64,000 nucleotides of DNA from Neoconidiobolus thromboides FSU 785 (GCA_025603075.1 MU626290.1:62001-126000); one strand, 5' to 3'. Positions 1 through 12,605 are shown, counted from the first letter of the stretch. Translations and numbers: made by a program. The notes: generated by a model from the letters alone, not told the origin.

Positions 1-591
1 GGGTCAACTTAATATTACCATCCACAATATCTTCAGCCCCAATATTGGTCAAGTTAATCCCTCTTTCACGGATAAATTTTAATGCTTTGTTCAAGTTTTC
101 AATCTTTTGTAAACGGTATTTCGGGTGGAAGTTATACTTGCCAATAGGTGCATCCGTTAAAGCTTCCTATTTTTATCAAAATAGTAAGCCTTTGTTTACT
201 ATAAAAGTTGAAATAGTTGTAAACTATTTGATTACCAGTAACTGTATTAATGCTGTACCATCCGATAAACCATGATATAAGTCTTTGATATTTTCATAAT
301 TTTTACTGCTTAATTGGATATTTACCCTACAATAAAATATTGTTATTTAGTAACGTTGGTATATTCATTCGTTAAAGTTACCATTTTGTAAAAGCTAAAT
401 AAAAGTAGTGAATTAATATAGGAAAGGGATGAAATCAGAGTTTAATTTATTAATTGATAGTAAAAATAATTACTTTTTTGTTGGATTTGCTCCCATTCTT
501 TATCCATTTTAATATGATTGAATTGCTTCACTTCCCGTTTACAATTAAAACTTGAAGCATCATTTTTTAAATTACTTGATTTTATAGGCAT
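1..591 (-). CDS. Alpha-actinin-like actin-binding protein, N-terminal CH1 domain (5' part; continues beyond window start)
   Basis: Manual splicing gives M...WEQIQQK|TFTKW|VNIQL...[16 protein letters not shown]|[55 protein letters not shown], the classic CH1 signature; GT-AG introns; ATG at 591-589. Confidence 0.85.
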
Positions 592-1518
592 AAAATTGAG
601 CCAATTTTTTGCTTCATTTGATGGTAAAAATATATTTACTGCGTTGTTTCGATTCAGTCTATTTTATCAAATTTAGCATGAATTTTGTTACTATATTCTA
701 TTGAATTATAAAGTTTATAAACAGGATACTCACCTTGCGCCTAACATTAGAAAATATTAATTATAATAAATAAAAGATAAAATAAAGCAGTAGTAACTCA
801 TCCATCTTACATTTAAAAGGAAAATTTAAAAGGAAGATTTAAAAGTTGTTTTTCGGAAAATTTTATTTTTTGATTTTTAACTGTAAACTTTAAAATCTTG
901 CTTTGTTTTTAATTTTGTAGCTTTTTCGAAAACGCTTTTTTAATTTCTGTTACACTAAATGTAGCTTATTTTTTTTGGTCAAGTTAAATTTTGAAAAGGA
1001 ATAATTTGAATAAAGATCAGTTTTATCGTTATAACTTGCTAATATTATCAAGGTCCTTTCAAATATTCTAGATGCTATGTGAACTTCAATCATTATATGG
1101 TTGTTTCAATAATGCAAAACTAAATACCAATCCATTGTTCTTCAAAAGAATTTTTAATCAAAAATTATTAGATCTATAAAATAGTTATTAACATTTTACG
1201 TTATTAAATAGGTTGAAGTTTAAGCTAAGGATTCTATAGAATCGAAAATAATATTTATTAAGTAATGATAATAAGAGTCAGCTTTTATTTATTTTTCTTT
1301 CGACTATATTATTATAATCTTTTTTTACTTATTAAATAGTAAGCAGAAAAAATGAAAATGATGTAATTTCGAATTTATAAAAACCACAACCAAACAAGAT
1401 AGAAAAATGATGTCATCTTCACTCAATCGAGATCTGATGTCATAAGCTATGTTTCTACTAAAAGCACAACAACTTTTGCTTCTTGCTAATTTAAAGCTTT
1501 TAAAAAAACAAAATAAAA

Positions 1519-1788
1519 ATGAGTAACAATACAGTGTCTTCCGAAACCCCAAATATTAGGGAGTTCATTCAACAATCACCAAAATCCAAGTACATTTTAG
1601 ACGATAAAAGGGGGGTTATATGTAGGGTGAATCCGGATACAACTAAGAATCATTTACAAAGAACACAGGAGTGTATTCAAGTTAAATTAAAACAAAAAGA
1701 AATGTTTAACGTTATGCAAGATTTGGGTTATATCTGTGGTCTAGATGTCGATCCTACTAATACTTATTTGATTTGTAAAGGTATTTAA
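1519..1788 (+). CDS. Hypothetical 89-aa protein
   Basis: Single ATG-initiated ORF, less AT-rich than flanks; no family recognised. Confidence 0.3.
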   Translation: MSNNTVSSETPNIREFIQQSPKSKYILDDKRGVICRVNPDTTKNHLQRTQECIQVKLKQKEMFNVMQDLGYICGLDVDPTNTYLICKGI

Positions 1789-2926
1789 TGGCTAATGAAG
1801 TGGAAATAAAAATAAAGTTTTTATTAGGATTTTAATATTATTTTTGATCTTGAACTACAATATGATTATAATTCATGTTTCTTAGTTTTTTAATCTCTCT
1901 ATATTTTCAATGTGTTTGTTTAATATTCAATATTTTATGTTGCTTTTCAAATATTTTTGATTTTAACTATTTCTAGAAAAATTTTAAAAGACTATCATTT
2001 TGTTTCAGTATTTTGTTTATTTTTTATGTAGCATAAAATTTAACAAATATTAGATAAATATTGAAACGAAAAAGACATCCCTTATCTTTAATGTTTCACT
2101 ATCTTACTTTTAAATGATTAAATATAATTAGTTAATAATTTATATTTTGAGTATTTCATATCTTCAATTTAGCACAGTAAGCAGCATCATAATGATTCCT
2201 TTATGAGTTTTGTTTACTAAATTACAGTGGGGGGCCTTCATTTTAAAACTAGTTTTATTTAAAGTTGGACTAAACCTTAAATAAATTTATGAAGTTTATT
2301 TTATATTTTTAAAAAAGCTAATATATAAAACAACCCTATATTTAATATCAAATTTAAGACACAAATACATCCTGTGCCAAAAGACTGGCAATAAGCTTAC
2401 TTATGTAAGAGACAACAAAAAGAGAACTAATTATTGGAAATATTGGACTCGTCATAGACTAATGGCCACTTTATAAGTTAAAATAAAGAATAAAGCCATA
2501 AAATATTTAATTGAGGCTTTACTTAAATTGAGAGGCCAATACTAACAAATAAACTGCTTAAAAATGAGGGTGTTGATCATTAATTTATCATTTTTATTAA
2601 TTTCCTTTCCACCCTGCCATTCCAAAAACGATGGTTTTCAATCTAAGCTTCCAATTAAATGTTAGTATCCTATAATATTTAGCGCTTTTATTTGATACAT
2701 AATCATCTCTACCTTAAACTATTCTGTTGATTAATTTTAAGATAAATTTCAAGCACTAAAAAATATCTAATTATTAGCTAAACAATGAAACCAAGGTTTC
2801 TAATAATTCTATAAAATAAATATAAATAATAATATGAAGATATTTAAAGCAATATTTGATTTTTATTTTTTTCACTTTTATAATTTTGTAAATAAATCAT
2901 TTCTAACTAACCCTTAACTGTCTTAA

Positions 2927-4004
2927 ATGGATTTAGTCACTTTATTTTTATTATTCGGAGGGATATGTATCCTATTAATTTTAGTCCAATTCATAAGAAT
3001 ATTAAGGAAAAATAATAAAAATAACACGGCAATCGGTGAACAGGCTAATTTAGAAGCAAATACAATGACTACAATGACTAATGCAAACGCAATTAACTTA
3101 TTAACTGAACAACAAGAAGACATAACTATAACTATCGACCCTATAACCCCAAGAGTACTCGATACAATTAACAATGGAACCCAAGAAGACACATGGTTAT
3201 TTACAGTAAATAGCAATTTAATTGATAAAGTATCGATGGTAGGAGAGAGAGAATTACATTTTAACGAGCCGTGTTGTATTCAAACTATTGAACCTTTTCC
3301 ACAACTAAAAGAGAACTGCTATTTTGAGATAAAAGTTATAGAGCTACCAGAAACAACTAACTTGTTTATTGGTATTGCGCCAAAAGATATAAGTAATAAC
3401 AATATGCCAGGTAATTCATTAATTCAATAATAATACATAATAGTAGTTTAATTTAGTAATTATAATAGCATAAAACCAATACAATATTTTATAACACGAC
3501 ATATTTTTAACCCCATTTTCTTTATTAGGTAGAATAAAAAATTCAATTTCCTATTCTATAAAATCAGGTGAATTAATAATATCCGATTTCACACATGAAT
3601 ACGGCAATAAACTTTATCCTGGGGATATTCTTGGATGCGGGTATCGTCCAAACAAAGAGCGGGTATTTTACACCCGAAATGGCAGAAGGTATCCAAGGAT
3701 TGTATTTGAAGCTCATGAAGAGACCTTACTTTATCCAACAATTTACTCCGATGGCCCATGTACAATTGAATACAATTTTGGACAAGTTGGGTTTGTTTTA
3801 ATTAGCGCAAATTCAAGGAATTATGGTCTATCCCAACCTAATAATTTAATTGTACCTCCACCTTCGTATCAAAATTATTCATCTGATATGTCTATTATTT
3901 CTCCAAGGGAGACAAATTCCTTCTTTTCAGATTCCACTTGCCCAAATACTCCTTCTGCTACCTCGCCTGCCCATTGTCCGCCTCCTTATAATACTAATAG
4001 TTAA
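2927..4004 (+). CDS. SSH4/EAR1-like SPRY-domain membrane protein (Rsp5/Nedd4 adaptor)
   Basis: N-terminal TM helix; CYFEIKV...LFIGIA; one intron (~3411-3528); exon 2 GDILGCGY...FYTRNG...LYPTI...NFG then PPSY and PPY motifs; stop 4002-4004. Confidence 0.8.
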
Positions 4005-4675
4005 ATTTTTATAGCAAGAGCAAATAAAAAACATGTAAATTATTTAATCACATGCCATCTAAAGTCGTCTAAATTTAAGTATCAGCTATTATATTAGTAA
4101 AGCTCAAGCATTTTTTAGACAGTGATATCAGCTAGATTTAATACTTTAATATAACTAAAATAAAATGAAATTAATAATATAAACAGGAATAAAATAGAAC
4201 CGAGTTTTACCGTTAGTAAAAGAATTCCAATATTATTCTTATTTTCTTTTTTTAGTCAATCTATTCCTTGTCACTTTAGTAGCTTTGATTAGTAATAACC
4301 CTTAATTTATAGAATTAGCCATCAAAAACTTAAAATGACTTTCATTAATATAGTTAATTGATAGCTTCATTTAATCTGTCACTTTTAATCTGATGGCATT
4401 TTACAGCTTTATCAAACCTATTAACTTATTACTTTTAAACCTTTATAAATAAAAATAATACAATTTTATTCTTAGATTGATTATATAATTTTCAAATGTT
4501 ACATCCCTTATCTTTGTCACTCCGATTATTTACCCTACCTATTTATTATCCAATCATCAAATGATAATTTCTTCAATTAATAATCCAATTCATTATGTCA
4601 TTTCATTATATTAATAAAGTCTAATATCTATAATGTAAATGTTAAGCATAATATATAGTTATTAATGTTACAATA

Positions 4676-4773
4676 CATGGTAAGTACTTTTTGCCCCAGT
4701 ATTTGTATCCACTTTTTATCCAACGTAAACTTAATTAGTTTTAATTAAATTCTTAAAAAAATGTATCCACATA
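4676..4773 (-). mobile_element. Possible highly degraded copy of the 105-bp MITE
   Basis: Loose match to MITE reverse consensus (CATGG...TTTTTG.C..CA.TA...TCCA.TTTTTA...AAATTCTTAAA...TATCCACATA). Confidence 0.3.
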
Positions 4774-5043
4774 CTATTTTATTAACTAATTTAAATTTAT
4801 TTTTCTGATTCGATTTTTATAACAAGTAAAACCTAGAACGTAAGCAATGACTGAGCTTAGCCAATGAAGTTTAATCTATAGAGTTACATTCTAACAATTA
4901 AGAATAAAAGGCGAGGGTGAAGTAAAGTGGAAATCTCAACAAAACATATAAAAGCAACTTTTATGAAAACTCAATTTATTTTAAACACATTTAAATCCAA
5001 CTTAAAATTTAAGTTCATTTGTAAGTATTCAACCAAAGCCATT

Positions 5044-5690
5044 ATGCCATCTTTTTATGATCTATCCGCTAAAAATAACCGTGGAGAAACTGTAGAGTTC
5101 TCCAGCTTTAAAGATAAGGTAAGCTTTGTTTTGTATTTATCTGTATTATAATAAACACATTATTTTTCAAAGGTTGTATTGATCGTTAATGTAGCCAGTA
5201 AGTGTGGTTTCACACCTCAATATGATGGTTTAGAGAAAGTCTACCAAGAATATAAAGATAAGGGTTTAGTTATCTTAGGCTTTCCATGTAACCAATTCGG
5301 CGGTCAAGAACCTGGAACTAATGATGAGATTCAAGAATTTTGCCGTTTAAATCATGGTGTCACTTTCCCATTAATGGAAAAAGTGTAAGTGTTTTTAATT
5401 TATCTTAGTAGGTACTTTTTTTATCATCTTTGTTTTTTTTAGAGAGGTTAATGGAGACAATGTTCATCCAGTTTATGACTTCTTAAAGAGTGAAAAATCA
5501 GGCTTATTAGGTTTAACTCGTATTAAATGGAACTTCGAGGTAAAATCACAAAATTAATTAAATAAGCTTTGTATTAATGTTGAAATTATGATAGAAATTC
5601 TTAATTAATAAGGAAGGTAAAGTCATTGAGCGCTATTCTTCCATTGCTAAGCCAGAGGCTATTGGTGAAGATATTGCTAAACTTTTATAA
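5044..5690 (+). CDS. GPX: Cys-type glutathione peroxidase-like thioredoxin peroxidase (Hyr1/Gpx3 family)
   Basis: [36 protein letters not shown] motifs over 4 exons; possible in-frame upstream ATG at 4963. Confidence 0.95.
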
Positions 5691-6082
5691 TTTAACCCCT
5701 TCCTATTTGAGTTTATTTGATTCTCTTTTTTATCAAAGTAAAGTGTGAATAAAAATAAATGTATTACGATAAATTCTTGATCATAAATTTAGTATGATTT
5801 GTATTAATATAATGGTATAACTATTAAAAAATAAACATTTAAGGATTTGTTTAATAAGCCGTTTAACATTTATGTTGTAGATAAATAGACAAACTAATTG
5901 AACAAGAAATATGGATCTAACATTACATTATATTTTACTAAATTCAATAATAAAGTAAAAGGGCTATTGTTCATATATGTTATATTTATTTATAAATAAC
6001 TATCTTAATTTAAAATGCTAATTATTTACATTTAATTTAAATACCTACATTTATTATTTTCTATTTTTTAATTTATTTCTAT

Positions 6083-6491
6083 TTAATCGAATGCTTTTTG
6101 AGGCTCATGAACGTATTTGGTAAATAATACTCTATCACCAATAGCTTTAAATGCAACCCCATCAAACTCTTCCATGGCATTTATAGCTAATTCAACATGG
6201 GAATATACTACATACATATATGGCTATAGAAATAAGTCAAATTGTACAATAGATATATGAAAAAATCCTTACCCAGCTCATATTAGCAACTACTCTTTCA
6301 GAACCAATGACAGGGGAAATCACTTCTTTAACAGTTTCCATAGTTGCAGCATTTTCACCACTAAATCCCAAGTTTAAAATCAATAAATTTTTGGTTGGTT
6401 CTTCGCTAAATATTTCTTCATATGATAAGTTTCTTAATTCACAATGTTGTTTTATGTATTTTTCTTTTTGTTCTTGCAATACTGCGTCCAT
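6083..6491 (-). CDS. Small stand-alone RRM protein resembling the ALKBH8 N-terminal RRM
   Basis: Two exons: ...KNLLILNLGFSGENAATMETVKEVI...ANMSW|PYMYVVYSHVELAINAMEEFDGVAFKAIGDRVLFTKY...; shares NLGF, AINA, DRVL and an intron position with the gene at 18329. Confidence 0.65.
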
Positions 6492-7364
6492 TTTTTCGGT
6501 TTAATAGCTAGCGATGTTAACTTTTATCAAAGTAGTTTACTATTATTGTTAAACTTCTTAGGAAAGTAAAAGCTTTATTATTGGCTCAATCCTTCCAATC
6601 ATTTTCCAATTTCTAATTTCATTTTTTAAAAATATAGGCTAAAATAAAAAGAATTTTCATTATTATTCATACTTAAAGATTATGATATTGAAAACAAGCG
6701 ATATAATTAGAGTAAGAAACTAGAGCCTTTAATAACGTTTTAACGCAGTCCAAATAGCTTATGAAGTTACTTTATCATTTATTTCAAGTCGTATTTATGC
6801 TTATGTAATATAGAACAACAAAAGCAAAAAAAATAGAATAAAACTATAAATTTGCTATCGCTTAATAATAGAATACACACATGAATTTATCCTGTAAAAA
6901 ATAATTAAATTTTATTACAAACAACAATAATGAAAATAGATACATTCTAAGCCAATCATTTTACCAGATGAAGGTATAATATTACAATAGAAAGCAATGC
7001 TGTAAATAGAAGTAGATGTTAAAAGTATTTTGAATTCAATTTTTTCAAAGGTATATATTATATATGTAATACTTTGATGTATGTTTATCCTTATTCTACT
7101 ATATGTGCTATTTTTTATATAAACAGTAACTAACATTATTGATTAAATATTGATTGTAATTAAAGTTGCTATATTTGTATAAAGCAGTAACAAATTGTCA
7201 ATTAACCTATTAGCCAATAAGATAAAGTTAATAAAGCGATTGGTAAGCAATAAATAATATCAAAAACAATTTCATCATCAATAATAAGCAAGCCAACTAG
7301 TATATAAACAAAAAAGTTTGTAACTTTTTAGTTTACTTTAAAACTTTATAACTTATTATAAACA

Positions 7365-8519
7365 ATGTCTGTACTTGAACAACTCAAAAAATTTACCACC
7401 GTTGTGGCCGACACTGGTGACTTCGAAGGTAAGCTTAATAGTCTTATATATTTTCATATATTTATCTTGTCTAGCTATTGCTGAATACAAACCAACTGAC
7501 GCCACCACCAACCCTTCTTTAATCCTCGCTGCTTCACAAAAGCCACAATATGCTCATCTTATCGATGAAGCTATTAAATATGCTAAGTCTAAGGCTAGGT
7601 AAACTAATTCTATCTATCTATGTTGTACTTTTACTCAAACCATCTATTAGCACCCCAGAAGAACAACTTGAATTAGCTACTGACAAATTAGTAAATAACT
7701 TTTATGTCATTTTAAACAAAAAACTAATGAATTTAGCTTGTTAACTTTGGTACTGAAATTTTAAAAGTAGTTCCAGGACGTGTTTCTACTGAAGTAGATG
7801 CCAAGTAAGTTATCAAGTTGTTGAATTCTATTTAAACTAATCAAATTATAAGGCTTTCCTTTGATACTGAAGCTACCATCAAGAAAGCACTTCGTTTAAT
7901 TGAACTTTATAAAGAAGCTGGCATCTCTAAAGATAGAATTTTAATCAAGATTGCTTCTACCTGGGAAGGTATTCAAGCTGCTAAGAAGCTTGAAGCTGAA
8001 TACGATATTCACTGCAATCTTACTCTTCTCTTCGGTTTTCCTCAAGCCGTTGCCTGTGCTGAAGCTAAAGTCACTTTAATCTCACCATTTGTTGGTCGTA
8101 TCTTAGATTGGTACAAAGCTAGCCAAAAGAAAGAATACACCGCTACTGAAGATCCAGGTGTACTCTCAGTACAACGTATTTATAACTACTATAAACAACA
8201 TGGTTACAATACTATTGTTATGGGAGCTTCTTTCCGTAACACTGGTGAAATTGAACAATTAGCTGGTTGTGATTATCTTACCATTTCACCAAATCTTTTA
8301 GCTGAATTAGCTAAAGACAACAAACAACTCCCACAAGTCCTTTCAGCTGATAAAGCTTCAGCTCAAAAGATTGAAAAGGTATCTTATGATGAAAAGACAT
8401 TCCGTTTCGAACTCAACGAAGATCCTATGGCCACTGAAAAACTTTCAGAAGGTATCCGTAAATTCCATGCTGATAATGTTAAATTAGTTTCATACCTTAA
8501 GGAAAAAATTGGTGCTTAA
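7365..8519 (+). CDS. TAL1: Transaldolase
   Basis: [78 protein letters not shown] motifs; multiple short introns. Confidence 0.97.
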
Positions 8520-8847
8520 AGGTCTAGTAAATCAATTATTTAAAAAATAAAAACTTTTTATAAGTATTATTCTAAGGTTATTTGGCATTAATAATAAACA
8601 TTGTTATTAAGTACAAATAATAGTTGATTACAATATACATTTACAATAATAGTAGTAACAATGAAAGTTAACTAGCGTTAATAAATTTGATATAAAACAT
8701 GTAATTGATGTACAACGTTTCTATATAATTTAGGTTTAAACAACCGATTCTATAAGTAAACTGTTATTTTATAATGCTATTTATAATATCTACATTATAT
8801 AGTGAAATCCATAAAGAGATAACACAATACTTCTGAGTATATATTTG

Positions 8848-9228
8848 GATTTTTCTAAAGTAATTCGATCTTTTTGGTTTATGCTAAAGGTAGCTGGCCA
8901 TAGGGTTACAATAGTTATCTCATTTTTTTAAACCTTTGATAAAGGATAATTTTAATAAATTTTATTTTATTTCCGTTTCAAAAAATCAATTATATTCTAT
9001 AATCACCAATAAAACATTAACTACTTTATCATTGATTTATAACAAGTGCTCAGGAGATTAACTAATATTATATAGGAGAACTACTTAACTCTTAATATTA
9101 TTTTTCTAATTGGAATTCATTTCTGCTGATAATTATCCATAGCTTTGCAAAAATTGGCTTTATAGTTGCAGTTGATTACTTTATCGCTTGTGGTGTAAAA
9201 AAAGTCAAATTATTTTCGAAAAATCATG
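8848..9228 (+). repeat. Degenerate dispersed repeat family R2, copy 1 (empty site relative to MITE)
   Basis: Collinear blocks shared with 33913-34308: GATTTTTCTAAAGTAATT, AATCACCAAT..AAAACATTAACTACTTTAT, TTATAGTTGCAGTT.ATTACTTT. Confidence 0.75.
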
Positions 9229-9229
9229 A

Positions 9230-9333
9230 TATGAGAATATTTTTTTCGATTCACCACTTTTTCCATCCTTTGAGCGCTATTTGAGCGGAAACATTATTAG
9301 TAAAATTCTTAAATCCAAAAATACATCCCCATA
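9230..9333 (-). mobile_element. MITE copy 1 (~105 bp, TIR TGGGGATGT(A/T)TTTTT, TA flanks)
   Basis: Reverse-orientation match ending ...AAAATACATCCCCATA. Confidence 0.85.
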
Positions 9334-9395
9334 TAATGATAAAACAGAAACAGTCAAATATGTTGAATTTTCATTGCAAAGGGAAGTGTAAAATT

Positions 9396-9499
9396 CGAGG
9401 ATGTATTTTTGTTTAAGAATTTTACTAATAATATTTCTGCTCAAATAGCGCTTAAAACATGGAAAAAGTAATGAAACCAAAAAAATCATTCATCCCCAT
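9396..9499 (+). mobile_element. MITE copy 2
   Basis: GAGGATGTATTTTTGTTTAAGAATTTTACTAA...CTCAAATAGCGCTTAAAACATGGAAAAAGTAATG...CATCCCCAT. Confidence 0.85.
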
Positions 9500-9903
9500 T
9501 TGATGTTTTTTAGCTTTGAAAATTAAAAATTCTATTATCAATAAAAAACTTAAATTTATTTTTTAAATCAATTTTAAATACAAAATTATTTTAGAAATTA
9601 AGAATACGGATTTATTATTATTCATTTTGGTAAATTTTTTTATTTGAAAGCTATAAAAATAATTTATAGTTTGTCTTGGATTAGCAGTTATGTTATTATA
9701 TTTGAACAAAATCTTGTTTTTTATTACTTTTATTCAATGCATATATTTTTATATTATTTGTAGTTGTAAACTATTTTATAAATTAATTATTTTAAAACAA
9801 GTTTCAGTTTGTTAAACTTAGATAAACTATTATTATTGTTTTTTTTTTGGTTATTTAATAAAAAAATATAATTTAGTTTAAAAACTTAATATACATTTCA
9901 ATA

Positions 9904-10007
9904 TATGGGGATGTTTTTTTGGCTTTATTACTTTTTTCATTTTTAGGCACTATTTGAGTGGAAAATTTGTTAGTAAAATTTCTTAAACAAAAAAATATAT
10001 CCCCATA
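9904..10007 (-). mobile_element. MITE copy 3
   Basis: TATGGGGATGTTTTTTTGGC...AATATATCCCCATA, TATA on both sides. Confidence 0.9.
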
Positions 10008-10133
10008 TACAAATCAGTATTTTGTATTTATTAAAAAATTAGAAATAATTTTTAACAAACTCAATCTTGCTTTTTATCTTTAACAAGTTATCAAAAAGCA
10101 TGATTTTAATATATTTATTATTATAACACCAGA

Positions 10134-12178
10134 CTATTGGAAGTAATAGCCTTTACAGTTAGCTGCACCACAATGACATTTGTGCTTTAAGTTGGACTCT
10201 GAATTGTCGTATTTTACCTTTTTATTATTTTCTTGGTTTTTTAAGTTATGATCAATCCCACCGGTATAATCTATACTAAGCTCTTCTAAAGGATCAATAT
10301 CTTTATTAGCAAAAAAGGCTAACCTATGTAAGCCTATGTATTTGTTTTCAATAAAAACAGGATGGACTTTTAAAGTAGGATCACACGAATGGTTAAAAAA
10401 ATGAGAAAGGTTTCCCTTATATTGCCCATCAATTACATATTCAGTTTCCTCAACTGACCCAAATTCACCATCTAAATTAAAAAGATAGTTCAACCCAGTT
10501 TCTTCACATTTTTCTGCCCTTTTATCTGCTTCTTTAGTTGTAATAATTTCCCCGACATATTCACATATAAAACTTCCTTTAGGAATCCTTTCCAATGCTC
10601 TTACCCCCCATCCTTTTTTTTCAGTTTTATAGATTTGAACATCAGCTTTTCTCCCCTTTTGGACAACTTTAAATTGACACCTATCATCGCAGCTACACTT
10701 TGAGCTACATTCATATATAGACATATGTGGTTTTAATACTAGTAATCCTGTATCTGAGTATGGTATAAACCCTCCATTATGTTTTATACATGGGCACACC
10801 CCACCTTTTCCAATAGTGCATGCTTTTTTACACTTACATAAATTACCAGTTATATAGTGTTTATCTGGGATTTCACACATTGGCACACTTTCATTGATAT
10901 AATCAAAATCGATAGGAGGCCCAACGTCATCAATTTCATTAATAACAGTAATGATAGGGCCTTCATCTTTAGACAATATCCCCATGAATTTTTGAATATT
11001 CTCCGGAATAACAAACAATGTTGGATTTGCTAAGTCCAAATCCAAAAGCGGATGCTAAAATATTAATAAAAATATATATACGGTTAAATTTCTTACCTCA
11101 ATTTCCTTTAACACTTGGTTTTGTCTTTTTGATGCAAAATGATGATTGTAATAGAATTTAACAAAGGTGTTGAACGCAGTAATAGATTCTTCAGAGCCTT
11201 TCAATGCTTCTTCGGGTTCCCATGTATCGAATTCCTTACTGTACCCTTTCCATTTTACTAAAAATTGTTTTGTATCCTATATTTAAAGTTACATTTAACC
11301 TCAAATATTTTGCAAAACTTACCTTAAAATCTCTTTTAGCTATGATCATATCTACCTAAAAAGGTTAGTTTTGAAGCCAAAAAAATCGAGATAAAATACC
11401 TCATAAACCTCATTAGGATCATACACAATGGTAGGCTGCTCCTCTGATAAGTTTTTGATCTTTATCATCAGGCAGATCGAAATCTGCAAGTCAAGCATTA
11501 AAGCATCTATGTAAGATGTAAGTAAGTATATTAGTGGTGCTTCAAGTACTCTTAATTACCTTTATTCATAGATACAATCTCAGTTAAAATTTTGAGTTTT
11601 AAATTTGCATTGCTTTTAGCTTCAACAACCTTTCCCATTTCACTCAACTTGTCTTCATCTTTAAATAAATACAAGACCCCTTCATAAATGCTAATAATAC
11701 TCAATGCAAACTTACTTGCACTTGATAAAAATGAATCATCCAAACTTATCTCGCTATTAGCAGCAAAAGAATTAGTAAATGCTAGGCATGCTGTTATTAA
11801 AGCATTTCTTTTTGACTTAATAGTTGTTAATTTAAAAAAAGAGATACTTTTACTTAGCTGAGACTTTACCTAAATTAAAGAGTTTAGCTATTATAAGTAT
11901 TAATAAAATTTTTACATCTATATTAATAGTTTTTCTAAAACTATCAAAACATCTTTTAACTTTATTAAACTGGTCTTTAATTTTAATAATATTTAATTTA
12001 TTTACACTTAAAGTAGGTGTATATTCAGAACTAAACTTTAATAGTAATAATAATAATAATAATAAACTTAACTAATTTACCTAGCTGGATTAGATAAAGA
12101 ATTAGGAGAAGGTATTATAGCTATATCAATTTGAGCATTAGTAAAAATGTTATTATAATTAATTTTTGATTTAAACAT
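10134..12178 (-). CDS. clr4: Histone H3K9 methyltransferase, Clr4/SUV39H family (chromodomain + pre-SET + SET + post-SET)
   Basis: Spliced chromodomain EVYEVDMIIAKRDFKDTKQFLVKWKGYSKEFDTWEPEE; Cys-rich pre-SET; KGWGVRA, FICEYVGEI, HFFNHSCDP, ELSIDY, CHCGAANCKGY; start codon at 12178 is tentative. Confidence 0.9.
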
Positions 12179-12298
12179 TTTATTTACAAATACAATTAAA
12201 AAAATTTAAAATAATATATGATGTAAGACCATACTCTATTATCTATTTTATCTTTTATCTGAATTATTACTATATACGGAAGTGCTAATTTTGGATTG

Positions 12299-12306
12299 TG
12301 ACGTCA
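12299..12306. promoter_or_regulatory. Perfect CRE/ATF palindrome TGACGTCA upstream of the Clr4-like gene
   Basis: Exact 8-bp palindrome ~120 bp upstream of the tentative ATG in CpG-poor DNA; function inferred. Confidence 0.35.
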
Positions 12307-12503
12307 TGTGGTGATTTATCCTCAGCTAGTTTTTTATACAGTTTTGTTATATATACAATTGTTTCTCTGTTAGTTTATATCATATTATATTATGTACTAT
12401 ATTATATATTATATCATTGATTATATATAAGTTAAAAAATTACTAATCAAATACTAAAATTAAAATTAAAATAATAACTATATTTATGTTTTATATACTA
12501 GTA

Positions 12504-12605
12504 TATGGGGATGTATTTTTTTGTTTAAGAATTATACTAACAATTTTTCCATTCAAATAGCGTTTAAAAAATGGGAAAATAGTGAGATAAAAAAACATCC
12601 CCATA
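12504..12605 (+). mobile_element. MITE copy 4
   Basis: TATGGGGATGTATTTTTT...AAAAAACATCCCCATA perfect TIRs. Confidence 0.9.

Noticed and set aside
2055-2085. AAAAAGACATCCCTTAT resembling a MITE right end
   Set aside because: Only about 15 bp match; internal core absent
2430-2580. Frame reading WPLYKLK*RIK...N*EANTNK*TA*K*GC, loosely like a TnpB/Fanzor RuvC-zinc-finger segment
   Set aside because: Many stops, no CxxC pair, other frames equally plausible; similarity is likely chance
12040-12065. (AAT)n microsatellite-like run
   Set aside because: Short and unremarkable in AT-rich intron-like DNA
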